A stretch of DNA of 62,717 bases, counting the filler, from Octopus bimaculoides (Eukaryota), in NCBI RefSeq assembly GCF_001194135.2. It is 5 parts of 5 records of this genome, joined end to end, with 100 filler letters (N's around TTAATTAATTAA, not from the genome) between each part and the next. Parts side by side here need not be neighbours in the genome. Positions count along the whole stretch, not along the records: positions 27,458 to 51,857 come from NC_068987.1; 4 more parts are not named here. One strand, written 5' to 3'. Shown one piece after another: positions 38,040 to 49,654 of this stretch (positions are counted from its first letter, which is position 1; the number at the start of each line of letters is the position of its first letter). The notes beneath the pieces were generated by a model. It did not search any database and was not told where the DNA came from. It was given only the letters and a program-made list of their open reading frames with translations. The position numbers were made by a program, and so were the translations under genes.

Positions 38040-38685
38040 GCAATAACGTTGCTCAAATGTTTTTCGTGTGCCAGTAAGGCGACAGTGGGAATGATCACAC
38101 TCGAATGGTGTGTTTTACGTGCCACCAGCACGGGAGGCAGTCAGCGGCCCTGGCAACGATCACGCTCAGATGGTGCTCTTAGCGCTCCACTGGCATGGAT
38201 GCCAGTCATGCAGTGCTGTCATCGAATTTGATTTCAATTTCACTTGCCTCAACAGGTCTTCACAAGCAGAGTTTAGTGTCCAATGAAGGAAAAGTACACA
38301 TAAGTGGGCTGGTTACACCACTGGCATAGGCCATGGGTTATGGTCTCACTTGTCTTGCTGGGTCTTCTCAAGCACAGCATATTTCCAAAGGTCTCAGTCA
38401 CAAGTCATTGCCTCAGTGAGGCCTCATGTTTGAAGGTTGTGCTTCACCACCTCATCTCAGGTCTTCCTGGGTCTACCTCTTCCACAGGTTCCCTCAACTG
38501 CTAGGGTGTGACACTTTTTTACACAGCTAGCCTCATCCATTCTCACCACATGACCATACCAGCACAGTCGTCTCTCTTGCACACCACATCTGATGCTTCT
38601 TAAATCCAACTCTTCTCTTAAGGCACTTACACTTTGTCGTGTATGTACACTGACATTACACATCCAGCGGAGCATACTGGCTTCT
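38040..38685 (-). mobile_element. Second 5'-truncated RTE family R1 copy, head-to-tail with the first
   Basis: [48 protein letters not shown]...RGRPRKT, plus 3' UTR. Confidence 0.85.
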
Positions 38686-38686
38686 A

Positions 38687-38791
<105 letters not shown>

Positions 38792-38849
38792 ATGTATATT
38801 TGTATGTATATATATGTATATATATATATGTGTGTGTTTATATGTATAA

Positions 38850-41318
38850 ATGTGGCAAACATGGAACTCTCATGCTGCTGGAGCTTTGCGATGAACATGG
38901 ACTTTACAAGCACTCATTTTTTGCACAAACGCAATCACACAACAATGTGGATTCATCCAAGGTGTATAGTTTGGCACTTACTGGATTATGTCATCATCCA
39001 CAAGCGTGACATCTATGACATTTGTAATGTCAAGTCCTTTCAGGGATTGGAATGCTGGACAGTCCACTGTATGGTGTGAGCAAAGTTCCTGATGGTGATT
39101 AGAGTGAAAGAGGGAAGAGGGCCAGTCAGCATTCCTCGGCTTCTGAATGTACACAGGATATATGATGCTGTTGTGAGGAAAGAGCTTCAGACTCACTTGT
39201 TCAGCATTGAAAATACTGCAGTACGGGAAGATTTTCGAGACCAGGTTCTTCAATGTGCTGCTGAAACACTGGGATATGCTACTGCCAGACACAGAGACTC
39301 GTTTGATGAAAGTGATGCTGAAGTTCAGCGACTATTGGTGGTAAAGTGTCATGCCCACAATGTATTGCTATAGAGAGGACTTTCTGCTGTACAGAAAAAT
39401 CTGGCACTTGCCCACTATAGCAGTGTGAAATCACTACTGCAGCGATCTCTCAGGAAGATGCAAAACACTTGGTGCGAGGATCTCGCTCCTGATGTTCAGG
39501 ATACTGCTGATACAAATGACAGCAAGAAGCTGTACCATCTTATGAAGTAAGCTTATGGGCCTAAGAGCTCCACATCAGCTCCTTTGCTTTCCAGGGAGTC
39601 TTCTACTCTATTTACTAAATCAACAGAAATCACTGGTTGCTGAACTCCAAAACCACGAGTCAGTTGTGAATGAAACAGTGATTGATACTATGCAACAAAG
39701 ACCTATCAGTGGCTCCTGAAATTCCATGCCCTCAATAGATCAAGTAATAACATCAATAAGTAAACTGAATCTTGGTAGGGCACCTGGAAAGGATGGAATT
39801 TGTGCTGAAGTCTTGCGATTTGGTGGTGATTACATCATACAGTCCCTTCATGAACTTCTTAGTGCAGTCTGGAGGGATGGTCCAATGCCTAAGGACTGGA
39901 AGGATGTAATTATTCTTCCTCTCTATAAAGGAAAAGGAGCTAGAACAATGCGTGGTAACTACAGAGGTATTGCTCTACTATCAGCTACTGGCAAAGTTCT
40001 GGCAAATGTTCTTATCCGCCTGAATGGGTGTCTCGTAAATGATGTCCTATCTGAATCTCAATGTGGCTTCTGATCTGGTAGAGGGACAATGGATATGATT
40101 TTCACAGTAAGACTGATGCAGGAGAAGTGCTATGAGCAGAATATGGATCTTTCCAGGTATTCATTAATTTAATGAAGGCCTTTGATACTGTAAATAGGGC
40201 CATTCTATGGAAAATACTTCGCAAACTTGGATGTCTGGATCACTTTGTATCTATTATAGATGGAGTGGAGGCTTGAGTCAATGTTGGTGGTGGCATGGCG
40301 AGACCCATTCCTGTAGAGAATGGTGTGAAGCAGGGTGACATCCTTGCCCCAATGCTCTTTTCTTTGTACTTTGTTGCTGCTTGTACTCCTGCTTTTTCTA
40401 AGGTTAGCTCTCCGGGAATATATGTCAGATATTGATCTTCTGGCCACCTCTTTAATCTGCACTGATTTGCTGCCAATTCAAAAGTTTTCCGGTCTATTAT
40501 TCGTAACCCTCTTTATGCAGATGATTGTGACTTTGTCACTCATACAGTGGATGATATGCAAATACTCATGAATCATATTTCTGCTTCTTGGACTCAGCAT
40601 TAGCCTGAAAAGACTGCTGTAATGTTCCAGCCTGCACCAGGAAATCCATAAGTGAAACCAGCTATCTTGATTGAAGGAACAATTCTGAAGGTGGTAGACA
40701 AGGTTGTCTACCTGGGCAGCACACTCGCCTTTCTTGCTCCCTGGATGAGGAAATACCTTTCAGGCTGCAGAGAGCAACTAATTCCTTCCGGTCTCTTCAG
40801 TCTCATGTCTGGTCCCAGCATGGCATCACAAGGCAAACAAAAATGGCCTTGTACCGTGCATGTGTACTGACATTGCTCCTTTACTCATATTAGACTGGAA
40901 CCCTACACAAATGTCATGTAAGGTTCTTTGAATGCTTTCATCAGAGATGTCTCAGACACATTCTCAATGTTAGTTGGACCTTAAAAATTCCAAACACACG
41001 GGTCCTGAGGACAGCTGATATCTTGAGTATTGAGGCGATGGTGCACAAGCACCAGTTATATTAGACTGGACACCTTATTAGAATGAAGGATAGCAAGATC
41101 CCTAAGCAGATGCTATATGGGGAACTTGTGAATGGAAAGAGACCCTGGCAGAAACCAAGGCTGCGATTTAAGGACTGTGTCAAGTCCTCATTAAAGGTCT
41201 GTGATATGCAGAAGACTGACTGGGAGAACAATGCCTGTCATTGCCACAGATGGAGGAAGCAGGTAAGGAGGGTGTTGACACTTTAGAGAGAGCACGTATT
41301 CAGCATGGAGAACTTAAG
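38850..41318 (+). mobile_element. RTE-clade (BovB-like) LINE, family R2; APE end to RT C-terminus; disrupted
   Basis: [16 protein letters not shown]; GRAPGKDGI; GNYRGIALLS; ESQCGF*SGRGT; KAFDTVNR; GVKQGDILAP; LYADDC; IPKQMLYGEL. Confidence 0.9.
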
Positions 41319-41506
41319 GTTTCCCTGTTTCAATGGTGTATATGTTCCCCAGCTGGATGGTACGCCAGTCCATCGAAGCGTTACTCATTTTTGCCAGCTG
41401 AGTGAACTGGAGCAACATGAAATGAAGTGCTTTGCTCAAGAACACAACGCATCGCCTGGTGCAGGAACTGAAACCAAAACCTTATGATCATGGTGCTGAC
41501 ACCCTA
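41319..41506 (-). mobile_element. SINE family B, interrupting the R2 LINE
   Basis: Homologous to 1190-1380. Confidence 0.85.
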
Positions 41507-41876
41507 NNNNNNNNNNNNNNNNNNNNNNNNNNNNNNNNNNNNNNNNNNNNNNNNNNNNNNNNNNNNNNNNNNNNNNNNNNNNNNNNNNNNNNNNNNNNNN
41601 NNNNNNNNNNNNNNNNNNNNNNNNNNNNNNNNNNNNNNNNNNNNNNNNNNNNNNNNNNNNNNNNNNNNNNNNNNNNNNNNNNNNNNNNNNNNNNNNNNNN
41701 NNNNNNNNNNNNNNNNNNNNNNNNNNNNNNNNNNNNNNNNNNNNNNNNNNNNNNNNNNNNNNNNNNNNNNNNNNNNNNNNNNNNNNNNNNNNNNNNNNNN
41801 NNNNNNNNNNNNNNNNNNNNNNNNNNNNNNNNNNNNNNNNNNNNNNNNNNNNNNNNNNNNNNNNNNNNNNNNNNNN

Positions 41877-42496
41877 TTTGCATTTGCAGCTCTGTTGGTG
41901 GCTAATGAGCCCTGCTCTTGACAAGCATACACGACTGCAAACATTGCAGACCAAGCTTTCCCCATTCACTATACAAGCTGTGCGCTTTCGCGCAGCTCAC
42001 TTAAGTTCTTCATGCTGGATACGTGCTCTCTCAAAAGTGTTGATCCCCTCCTTAAATTGCTTCCTCCATCCGTGGCGATGACAGGCATTGTTCTCCCAGT
42101 CAGTGTCCTGCATATCACAGACCTTTAATGAAGACTTGACACAGTCCTTAAATCGCAGCCTTGGTTTCTGCCAGGGTCTCTTTCCATTCACAAGTTCCCC
42201 ATATAGCATCTGCTTCATTCTGGTCCCAGCATGGCATAGCAAGGCAACCAAAAGTTGCTGTGTACTGTGCATGTGTACTGACATCGCTCCTCTACTTATG
42301 TGAGACATGGACTCTGTACGAACGTCAGGTAAGGGTCCTTGAACGCTTTTATCAGAGATGTCTCAGACACATTCTCAATGTTGGCTGGACCTCAAAAATT
42401 CCAGACACACAGGTCCTGAGGACAGCTGATTTCTTGAATATTGAGGCAATGGTGTACAAACACCGGTTATGTTGGACTGGACACCTTATTAGAATG
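41877..42496 (-). mobile_element. RTE family R2 copy with an inverted 5' segment
   Basis: 41877-42215 on the minus strand gives KQMLYGEL... and a C2H2-like LVCNVCSRVCLSRAGLISHQQSC. 42216-42496 on the plus strand matches 40805-41085. Confidence 0.85.
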
Positions 42497-43349
42497 TATG
42501 TATGTATATATATATATATATATATATGTAAATCAAAATAAGCAACAAGGACATCCAAAATTAATGCAGTACGATCATTTCATGCGACTCCATTTATTTA
42601 AGAAATGTGAACATTACATCAAATGTAAAATGCAGAACAATCCTCAGCTGCACAAAGATATAGAAATTTAATGAAATTACATTTCAACAGAAGGACATAT
42701 TTTTGTAACTACATTTGAACTCTCCCAGTAGAAAGGAAGAATACAAAAAACTATTTTGACATAGCCAGACCATACAGGCTAGTAATTAATTCTAAGCAGA
42801 TTTTTAACTGTCACTGATTTTATTTGTTTTTTTTTTCTTTCTGATTTGTGGATCATCTTATCAGACCTAGCCTAGTGAATCAAAGCTTAAGAGGGCACTA
42901 GCATTTTCTTATAGCGAAGGGGAAGGGATAAACAATATACATGGATGATATGGTTATAAAGTTTCTTTGTGACAAACTACTATAGGTGGGGGTGGGTCTC
43001 TACTAGCAGACCAGTTTATAATGGAGCAGGGGAAGTTTTAACATAAGGCACCTAGGTCAAACGTATATAAAATAAAGTTGCTATATGTGTACAGATACAG
43101 TAAATGTTTATTCATAGTTTTCATTAATCAGAATAATGTATAAGTATTGTTTTATATGCTAAGTTTGAAAGACTTGAGATACCAATATTTGCTTAATTAA
43201 ATATGTGAATAAATAAAAGCTAATTATAAATTAATAATGAAATAAAAAATAAAAAGAAATAGTGTATAGTAATGTAACTAATCAATCAATGCAGCATGCA
43301 AAAACCATAAAGTGGTATTAATTTAAAATGCTCTGGTAAAGTACATTTA

Positions 43350-44080
43350 AACTTATTTACACCAATATAAAAAACCATAGATAAGATGTGAGATTAAATT
43401 TTTATACATATTGGACTAAAAATTTTTTTAAAATTAAACTTATATATTTGATATCATTTAAAGGACATGTAGGAGATAAGATTTATTTTATAACTAATGT
43501 AAAGAATTGATACATAGGATTTACATGGTTTATAATGATGGACTCATCAAGGTTTAAGAAACTGATAAAATGAATGATTGGAATTAACATAGAATATAAT
43601 GGTAAACTAAACTACCAATAGAGAACATGATAATTATGTCCTAATTTAATCAGATCACACTATCTTAAATTATCAGGAACTTGTATTAACTAACATGGGC
43701 TAAGTACAAAATAATAATGGAACAAGGATTAGATTTCTTTAAGTCACCCATAAAATAACAATAATAATACTACAACAACAATGGAATAACATGAATCCTT
43801 TAGGGACAGACATTGAATAAAATTTAGAAAGGTTTCAAAACTATTTAGAAATTTCAAAACATCCTATTCATTTAAGTTAAGTAAGATACACACTAAACTA
43901 ACAGCAAAAGCAAAAGTGATATGAAAAAAAATTAAGTAAAACCATATACCATCTATGGATAAAGTTAAAATTTTAGTTTTCACAGGAAGATTATATATTA
44001 AGGTGAGAGATCAAAAATATGCAATAAGAGTTCAGTTTCAATTTAAATATGTACTAATTATAGCCTAAGATAAACATGGT
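43350..44080 (+). pseudogene. Possible highly degenerate Penelope-like RT/thumb relic
   Basis: Only weak motif remnants in the expected order (FDII, VYNDGL, ILNYQELVL, SHP, KICNKSSVSI). Confidence 0.3.
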
Positions 44081-44114
44081 AGATGTTAAAATACCACATT
44101 ATATAAGTTTGCTA

Positions 44115-44766
44115 CTTTTTAAAATATTTAAAAGTGCGAGTGGAACAGTGTACACACAATACTCTAAGGTCTAATCTGTTATTAATCAGGTTAGTATTGT
44201 TTTTAAGTTTAAAAATTTCATATGTTTCCATGGCACATAGTTCACATCCATATCTGCTATTTCTATAAGGTTGGGCTTTTCTTTATAATTTCCCATTTAA
44301 GGCTAAAACTGGTACCACTTTCCTTTAATTCCCAAATTTTATTTGATAACAATGTACAATTTGCCTTATGTTTAAGTTTAAAAGATGACAGGTGGTTATA
44401 TATACGCTGTTTCAAGTTAATCGTACATCCCAAGTAGATATAATTATCAGTTATAGTACTTATTGTGCATTTATCTATCTATATATAAAAAGCTGAAGTT
44501 GTGTGTCTGTGTGTAGCCTTTTTAAAAGTTTATAGAAATCCACATTTTCCACTTTTTCGTGAAAATTTTTACATCAATGGAATTTTCTCGATGTGAACTT
44601 TCCAGTGCAGTAATTAGATTTTTAAATTCCATTTACTTTGTGTGATTTAAGGGAGATTTGGCTTTTGCTTCTAGCAACTTTTATATTTCTTCCATTCTAT
44701 CTGTACTGGCGTTCTTACACATCGATCACACGCTCAACATTTAATATAGACAGTAAGGGTAAAAGA

Positions 44767-44797
<31 letters not shown>

Positions 44798-46640
44798 NNN
44801 NNNNNNNNNNNNNNNNNNNNNNNNNNNNNNNNNNNNNNNNNNNNNNNNNNNNNNNNNNNNNNNNNNNNNNNNNNNNNNNNNNNNNNNNNNNNNNNNNNNN
44901 NNNNNNNNNNNNNNNNNNNNNNNNNNNNNNNNNNNNNNNNNNNNNNNNNNNNNNNNNNNNNNNNNNNNNNNNNNNNNNNNNNNNNNNAAGTGATACATAC
45001 AAAGTCATAGATTAACTTGGTTTAAGACTATTCTTCCCTTTCTATTCTTTCCTTCTATCTACCTTTTCACTCTTCGTTCTTCCTCTCTCCCATTTAATAG
45101 CTTTCTTCTATCCCTCTACCTCTAACTATCCACGTGACCTGGTCATCTGGGGCTTATCGCCATTTCTCTGCTTCGACCATTATCTGTGCTCATCTCTTTT
45201 TCCTCGCTTCACTTTCTCATTTCCTACACAAGCCAGCATCACTTACTTCGTGAGGAATCGAAATACACCTGCTGTTGATATCCTGCTTTTTGTATGTATC
45301 TGTTCTCTGTTGTTATACGTCCTTCTTTCTGTTTACATTCGGTTCTTTCTTCCAAGGAATCTGGGGCTCTTAGCTTCCTTTTGCCGAAGTTGCAATGATA
45401 ATTTGTAACTAGACTGAATAAGGAACACCCTCTTTCACTTGTTCATGTTTTCGTTACATTGTCTGTCTGCATGTTCAGCGTCCTTGTTTCCTCTTGGTAT
45501 TTTTTACATATTTTTCATAACATAGAATCGTAAAAACACATACAACCACACATATGTGATCTGTGAACAACATACATATAAATACATGCACATCAACATT
45601 ATAGATATAAGATTTAGTTTGTGTGTGTTTCTTATATAAACATGCGCACACATAGCTATTTTATAACTGTCTTCTGTTCTCCCTTCCTCTCTTTCTCTCT
45701 ATTCATTGCTCCCATTCTCTATTCCTTTCTCCCCTTCTCTCTCTCTTGCTCTCACCCTCTTCTCTCTCGCTCTCTCAAACACACACATGTGGACGTACAC
45801 ACAAGTATTCACTACAATATAACTAGATCTTACTTTACTACATGTTCGTCAATGTTTTGTAAATATACAAACAACGGAGCTTATGTAGACAGGACAACAC
45901 ATTGCAAATCAGTGAACTTCATTAGAAATGTGAAAACTACCTACCCTGCCATCTGTTATAACTTTTTGTTGTTCTGTTTAATATATACATAGATTATGCC
46001 TCCAAAGAAGAGAGTTTGCTGGGGAAAGAAAGCAACCAGTTTAAAATGACAGCAATAGACTGCAGCAATTCACCACATTCCAGAAGCTACTTTGAACATA
46101 ATGCAAAATGGTGCATCAACATCTTCTGCCCAATCTGATAGANNNNNNNNNNNNNNNNNNNNNNNNNTATGTATAATCAGGGCAGCGCAAAAATTTGTTT
46201 TGCACAAGCATTTCTATAGCCAATTAGACGGATGAAATTTACATATGCTTAATAATTTTATGCAAAACAGCCTTCAGACTTTCCCTATTAATTTCATCGT
46301 CTTTTGAATTATGAACATATTTACATCATAAGGGTCTTTTTGTTGTAAGGCTTTCTGTTTTAGTTGATTTTCACCTAGCAAGACTTATTGTAGATGGCGT
46401 AATAAGTCACACCCGGACAACGTCGGGTTATACTGCTAGTATACTACGTTTCTGGTGAGACATCGACCTAATAACGGACAACGGGACTTATTTTTACAAT
46501 TGCAACTAGTGGAACTATCAACAACACCAATATTATTACTAAGGTTTAAATTATTGTTGTTACAATTATTCGCATTGATATTGTTTCCCCTATTATTAAT
46601 TCTGTTATCAGGCTTATTATGATCACTTCTATGACTATCT
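44115..46640 (-). mobile_element. Penelope-like GIY-YIG region split by a Helitron (46640-46440 and 44473-44115)
   Basis: SCNCKNKSRCPLLGRCLTRNVVY | KCTISTITDNYIYLGCTINLKQRIYNHLSSF...IWELK...CELC. The two halves rejoin in frame. Confidence 0.88.
44474..46439 (+). mobile_element. Complete non-autonomous Helitron (about 1.97 kb including gaps)
   Basis: 5' TC(TATCTATATATAAAAAG); 3' hairpin ACCCGGACAACGTCGGGT then TATACTG-CTAG. Inserted between A44473 and T46440 with no TSD. Confidence 0.9.
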
Positions 46641-46719
46641 AACTCCATTTTCATTGTGTTATCAGATAGAATCATTCCTGCAGCATCAGGCATGCTAATA
46701 TTTTAAACAACAATAATCA

Positions 46720-47290
46720 AAGCCTCATTTTTGAGCAAGCTCTTTAACTGTTGTTGACCACTAATAGGATGCAACGTCAGATCAGACTTGAGGTTGGTCG
46801 TATTTGTGAAAGTGCCACAGCCATTGGTCGATACACAATCACATTCATTATTGTGTTAATTTGGGGCAATTGGCCTTGTGTTTTCTAGTGCACTGGAGCA
46901 ATGTATTCTCCTCAAACATGATTGTTTGTTTAACATTTTCAGTCAGCAAATATTAAATGTGCTTCCAAAAATCATGCGCACACTGCTGAGTACCATTGTT
47001 AAACCTGCAGCTGATAATATTTCTCAAGTTGGCTACCAATTTAGTTCCAGATGAAGATGTAATATCGTGAATTTCACAAATGACAATAACATTACTGGAC
47101 TGCATGTATTTGGCCAACAAAGGCAGCTGGTGGATAATCTGTATCGTGCTGTTCACAAAACAAGCATTCCTCTCATTGATCAGCGAGATGTACGGCTTTG
47201 CAACCATGTTGTCAAATCTAGCCTTTTTCGATTTCAGCAAGTTGATGATTTTACTGTCCATATTAATGGCAACTTTACTCTTAGTTGCCT
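46720..47290 (-). pseudogene. USP/UCH (peptidase C19)-like domain, N-terminal half
   Basis: SLINERNACFVNSTIQIIHQLP resembles the Cys box GLxNxGNxCFxNSxxQ (Cys at 47160-47162). QQCAHDFW resembles QQDAxEF. No His box is visible. Confidence 0.65.
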
Positions 47291-47299
47291 TTTTAGCCA

Positions 47300-47430
47300 G
47301 TTAAGCCTGCTGTCCACATCCATGTTGTGCTTAAGCATTAGTTGAGCATTTATGCCAACTTTAAGGAGGGTTTCAAGGTCAGCAGTATCAGATGTTTTTT
47401 TTTTTATCACCTTGGTGGTCAACTTCTTGC
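47300..47430 (-). pseudogene. Pif1 helicase 2B-region fragment
   Basis: DTADLETLLKVGINAQLMLKHNMDVDSRL resembles TAGL...VG..VML..N.DV..GL. Confidence 0.65.
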
Positions 47431-47444
47431 TTTTAGTTTTCTTT

Positions 47445-48680
47445 TTTTGACCTTTGGTTTGCAGTATGTGAGACTGATTATAATCTATGAGGTTAGCATG
47501 GTCAGTCATTTGCAGCTGACTTTTATTCACTTGAGATTTTGCCAACTGTTTGAATCTACACAACAGAGTTTGTCTTTCGGACACATAAATGTTGTTGTCT
47601 TTGGTGATTTGCTTCAATTACCACCTGTTAGAGAAAAAACAGTGTTTAAAAGAATCAGTCACCATGATGTNNNNNNNNNNNNNNNNNNNNNNNNNNNNNN
47701 NNNNNNNNNNNNNNNNNNNNNNNNNNNNNNNNNNNNNNNNNNNNNNNNNNNNNNNNNNNNNNNNNNNNNNNNNNNNNNNNNNNNNNNNNNNNNNNNNNNN
47801 NNNNNNNNNNNNNNNNNNNNNNNNNNNNNNNNNNNNNNNNNNNNNNNNNNNNNNNNNNNNNNNNNNNNNNNNNNNNNNNNNNNNNNNNNNNNNNNNNNNN
47901 NNNNNNNNNNNNNNNNNNNNNNNNNNNNNNNNNNNNNNNNNNNNNNNNNNNNNNNNNNNNNNNNNNNNNNNNNNNNNNNNNNNNNNNNNNNNNNNNNNNN
48001 NNNNNNNNNNNNNNNNNNNNNNNNNNNNNNNNNNNNNNNNNNNNNNNNNNNNNNNNNNNNNNNNNNNNNNNNNNNNNNNNNNNNNNNNNNNNNNNNNNNN
48101 NNNNNNNNNNNNNNNNNNNNNNNNNNNNNNNNNNNNNNNNNNNNNNNNNNNNNNNNNNNNNNNNNNNNNNNNNNNNNNNNNNNNNTTTTATTCACTTGAG
48201 ATTTTGCCAACTGTTTGAATCTACACAACAGAGTTTGTCTTTCGGACACATAAATGTTGTTGTCTTTGGTGATTTGCTTCAATTACCACCTGTTAGAGAA
48301 AAAACAGTGTTTAAAAGAATCAGTCACCATGATGTCCAAAGAGCGTGCTTAGGTATTAGCATCCACCACTTGTGCAGGTTTTTTGACTATGACGAGTTGA
48401 CAATTAACATGCATCAGAAAGACGATACAGAGAATTAGGTTAACATGCTCAGCTGAATCAGATTAGGTTCACTGCTTGACTCTGACATCCAAATTCTTAA
48501 TGAGCAGAGAATTGAACCCAACGACAAGGCTTCTCTCGAAGAAGTTGCTTACAAAATATGTGAGTTGACTCGGACAACTGATTTGAGTATCGTTTGTATT
48601 ATGCCTCTGAACAAGTTGGTATCAGAGTTTAACAACCTTATGCTCGATAAACTTGGCATTAGTACTGTCGAGATTGCAGC
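47445..48680 (+). pseudogene. Pif1-family helicase fragment (Helentron type), inverted relative to its neighbours
   Basis: LIIIYEVSMVS (Walker B with D to Y); FGHINVVVFGDLLQLPPV; ELTINMHQKDD; MLS*IRLG. Includes an assembly gap with a duplicated 150-bp overlap. Confidence 0.85.
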
Positions 48681-48699
48681 TGCAATCTCGACAGTACTT

Positions 48700-48850
48700 A
48701 TTGGCTTTATCAACAGAAAACATAAGATATTGTACATCTTGCCGAAATCTAGAGTCAGTATGATTCAGTCTGTTTCTCATGAACATGTAAGGTTTTACTG
48801 AACTGAATAGTCTGTTACCCATGAACATGTCAAATAGACCAGTTTAATCA
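48700..48850 (-). pseudogene. Helentron-type Rep N-terminal fragment
   Basis: TGLFDMF..NR...YMFMRNRLNHTDSRFRQDVQYLMF resembles RLxxxDxRFxxDxxYLFF. Confidence 0.6.
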
Positions 48851-48949
48851 CTGGTCCAGCACCTATCTTTGTGTTGTTCATTCCAAAATAATAAAAACTT
48901 TAAAATTAAGCAGGATAAAAAACGCGATTAGGTATTGCAATTTTGAAAA

Positions 48950-49185
48950 ACTTTTTTTTTTGCAGAATTGTAATATCTGGTATTTAAAACATAGAAAGTG
49001 GTGAAGTGTGTGTGTGTGTGCACGCACGCACACACGCACACTGATTCTAAAGTAGTACCCAAAAGATGTTTTATAAGTTTTGGAGGCTCAATTATTGGTA
49101 AATGGACTTTACCTTTAGAACAACATATAACTAATGATTCCTTGTCCCACTTCCTAGCACCACACTCTTCACATGTTTGGCACAT
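48950..49185 (-). pseudogene. Helitron N-terminal Cys-rich motif
   Basis: CEECGARKWDKESLVICCSKGKVHLPIIEPPKLIKHLL...RYYNSA matches the CxxC...CCxxGKVxLP...IRxYNSA signature. Interrupted by a (CA)n run. Confidence 0.8.
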
Positions 49186-49654
49186 AAAACCCAGGGAGAC
49201 AATGTTTTCAGATGCATAATTATGATTAGGATCATAATTAAATGCTACATCTTGCCATCGGAATCGTCTTTACTTCTGTTGATTTTCTCTGGAAAGCTTT
49301 CTCCATTTTAGTCATACTTTTCGGTCATTTTCACTCTCTTGTATTCTATTTATTCTACCTTTTTCTCTCCTATTTTGCAATTGTATTTCTTAGTTTTTAA
49401 AATTTTTCTTATACTTTTTTTATTTCTATAATTTTCCTTCTTTCTCTGCAATATTATTTCCCTATCTTTATATCCTTCTTCTCTTACATCCTTCCTCTCA
49501 TATTCCCTCATTTTTTGCAACCTAACTTTCCGGTAGTTTTTATTTTCTACAATTTTCATATTAAGTGTTTGGATTCTCATTCTTTTGTCCTTTTTACTCT
49601 CTTGTGATATCTTATTTCCTTGTACGTATCTTTCATGCTCATGATTGTTTATGG

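Noticed and set aside
43986-44002. 17-nt micro-exon with good splice signals (CACAG|...|GTGAGA)
   Set aside because: Not frame-preserving, no partner exons, and it lies within a putative TE relic.
42950-44100. Mitochondrial insertion (NUMT) or viral fragment in AT-rich DNA
   Set aside because: No recognisable mitochondrial or viral protein motif in any frame; weak Penelope RT remnants fit better.
47521-48335. Tandem duplication of a helicase segment
   Set aside because: 47521-47670 and 48186-48335 are identical 150-mers on either side of an N gap, typical of an unmerged contig overlap.
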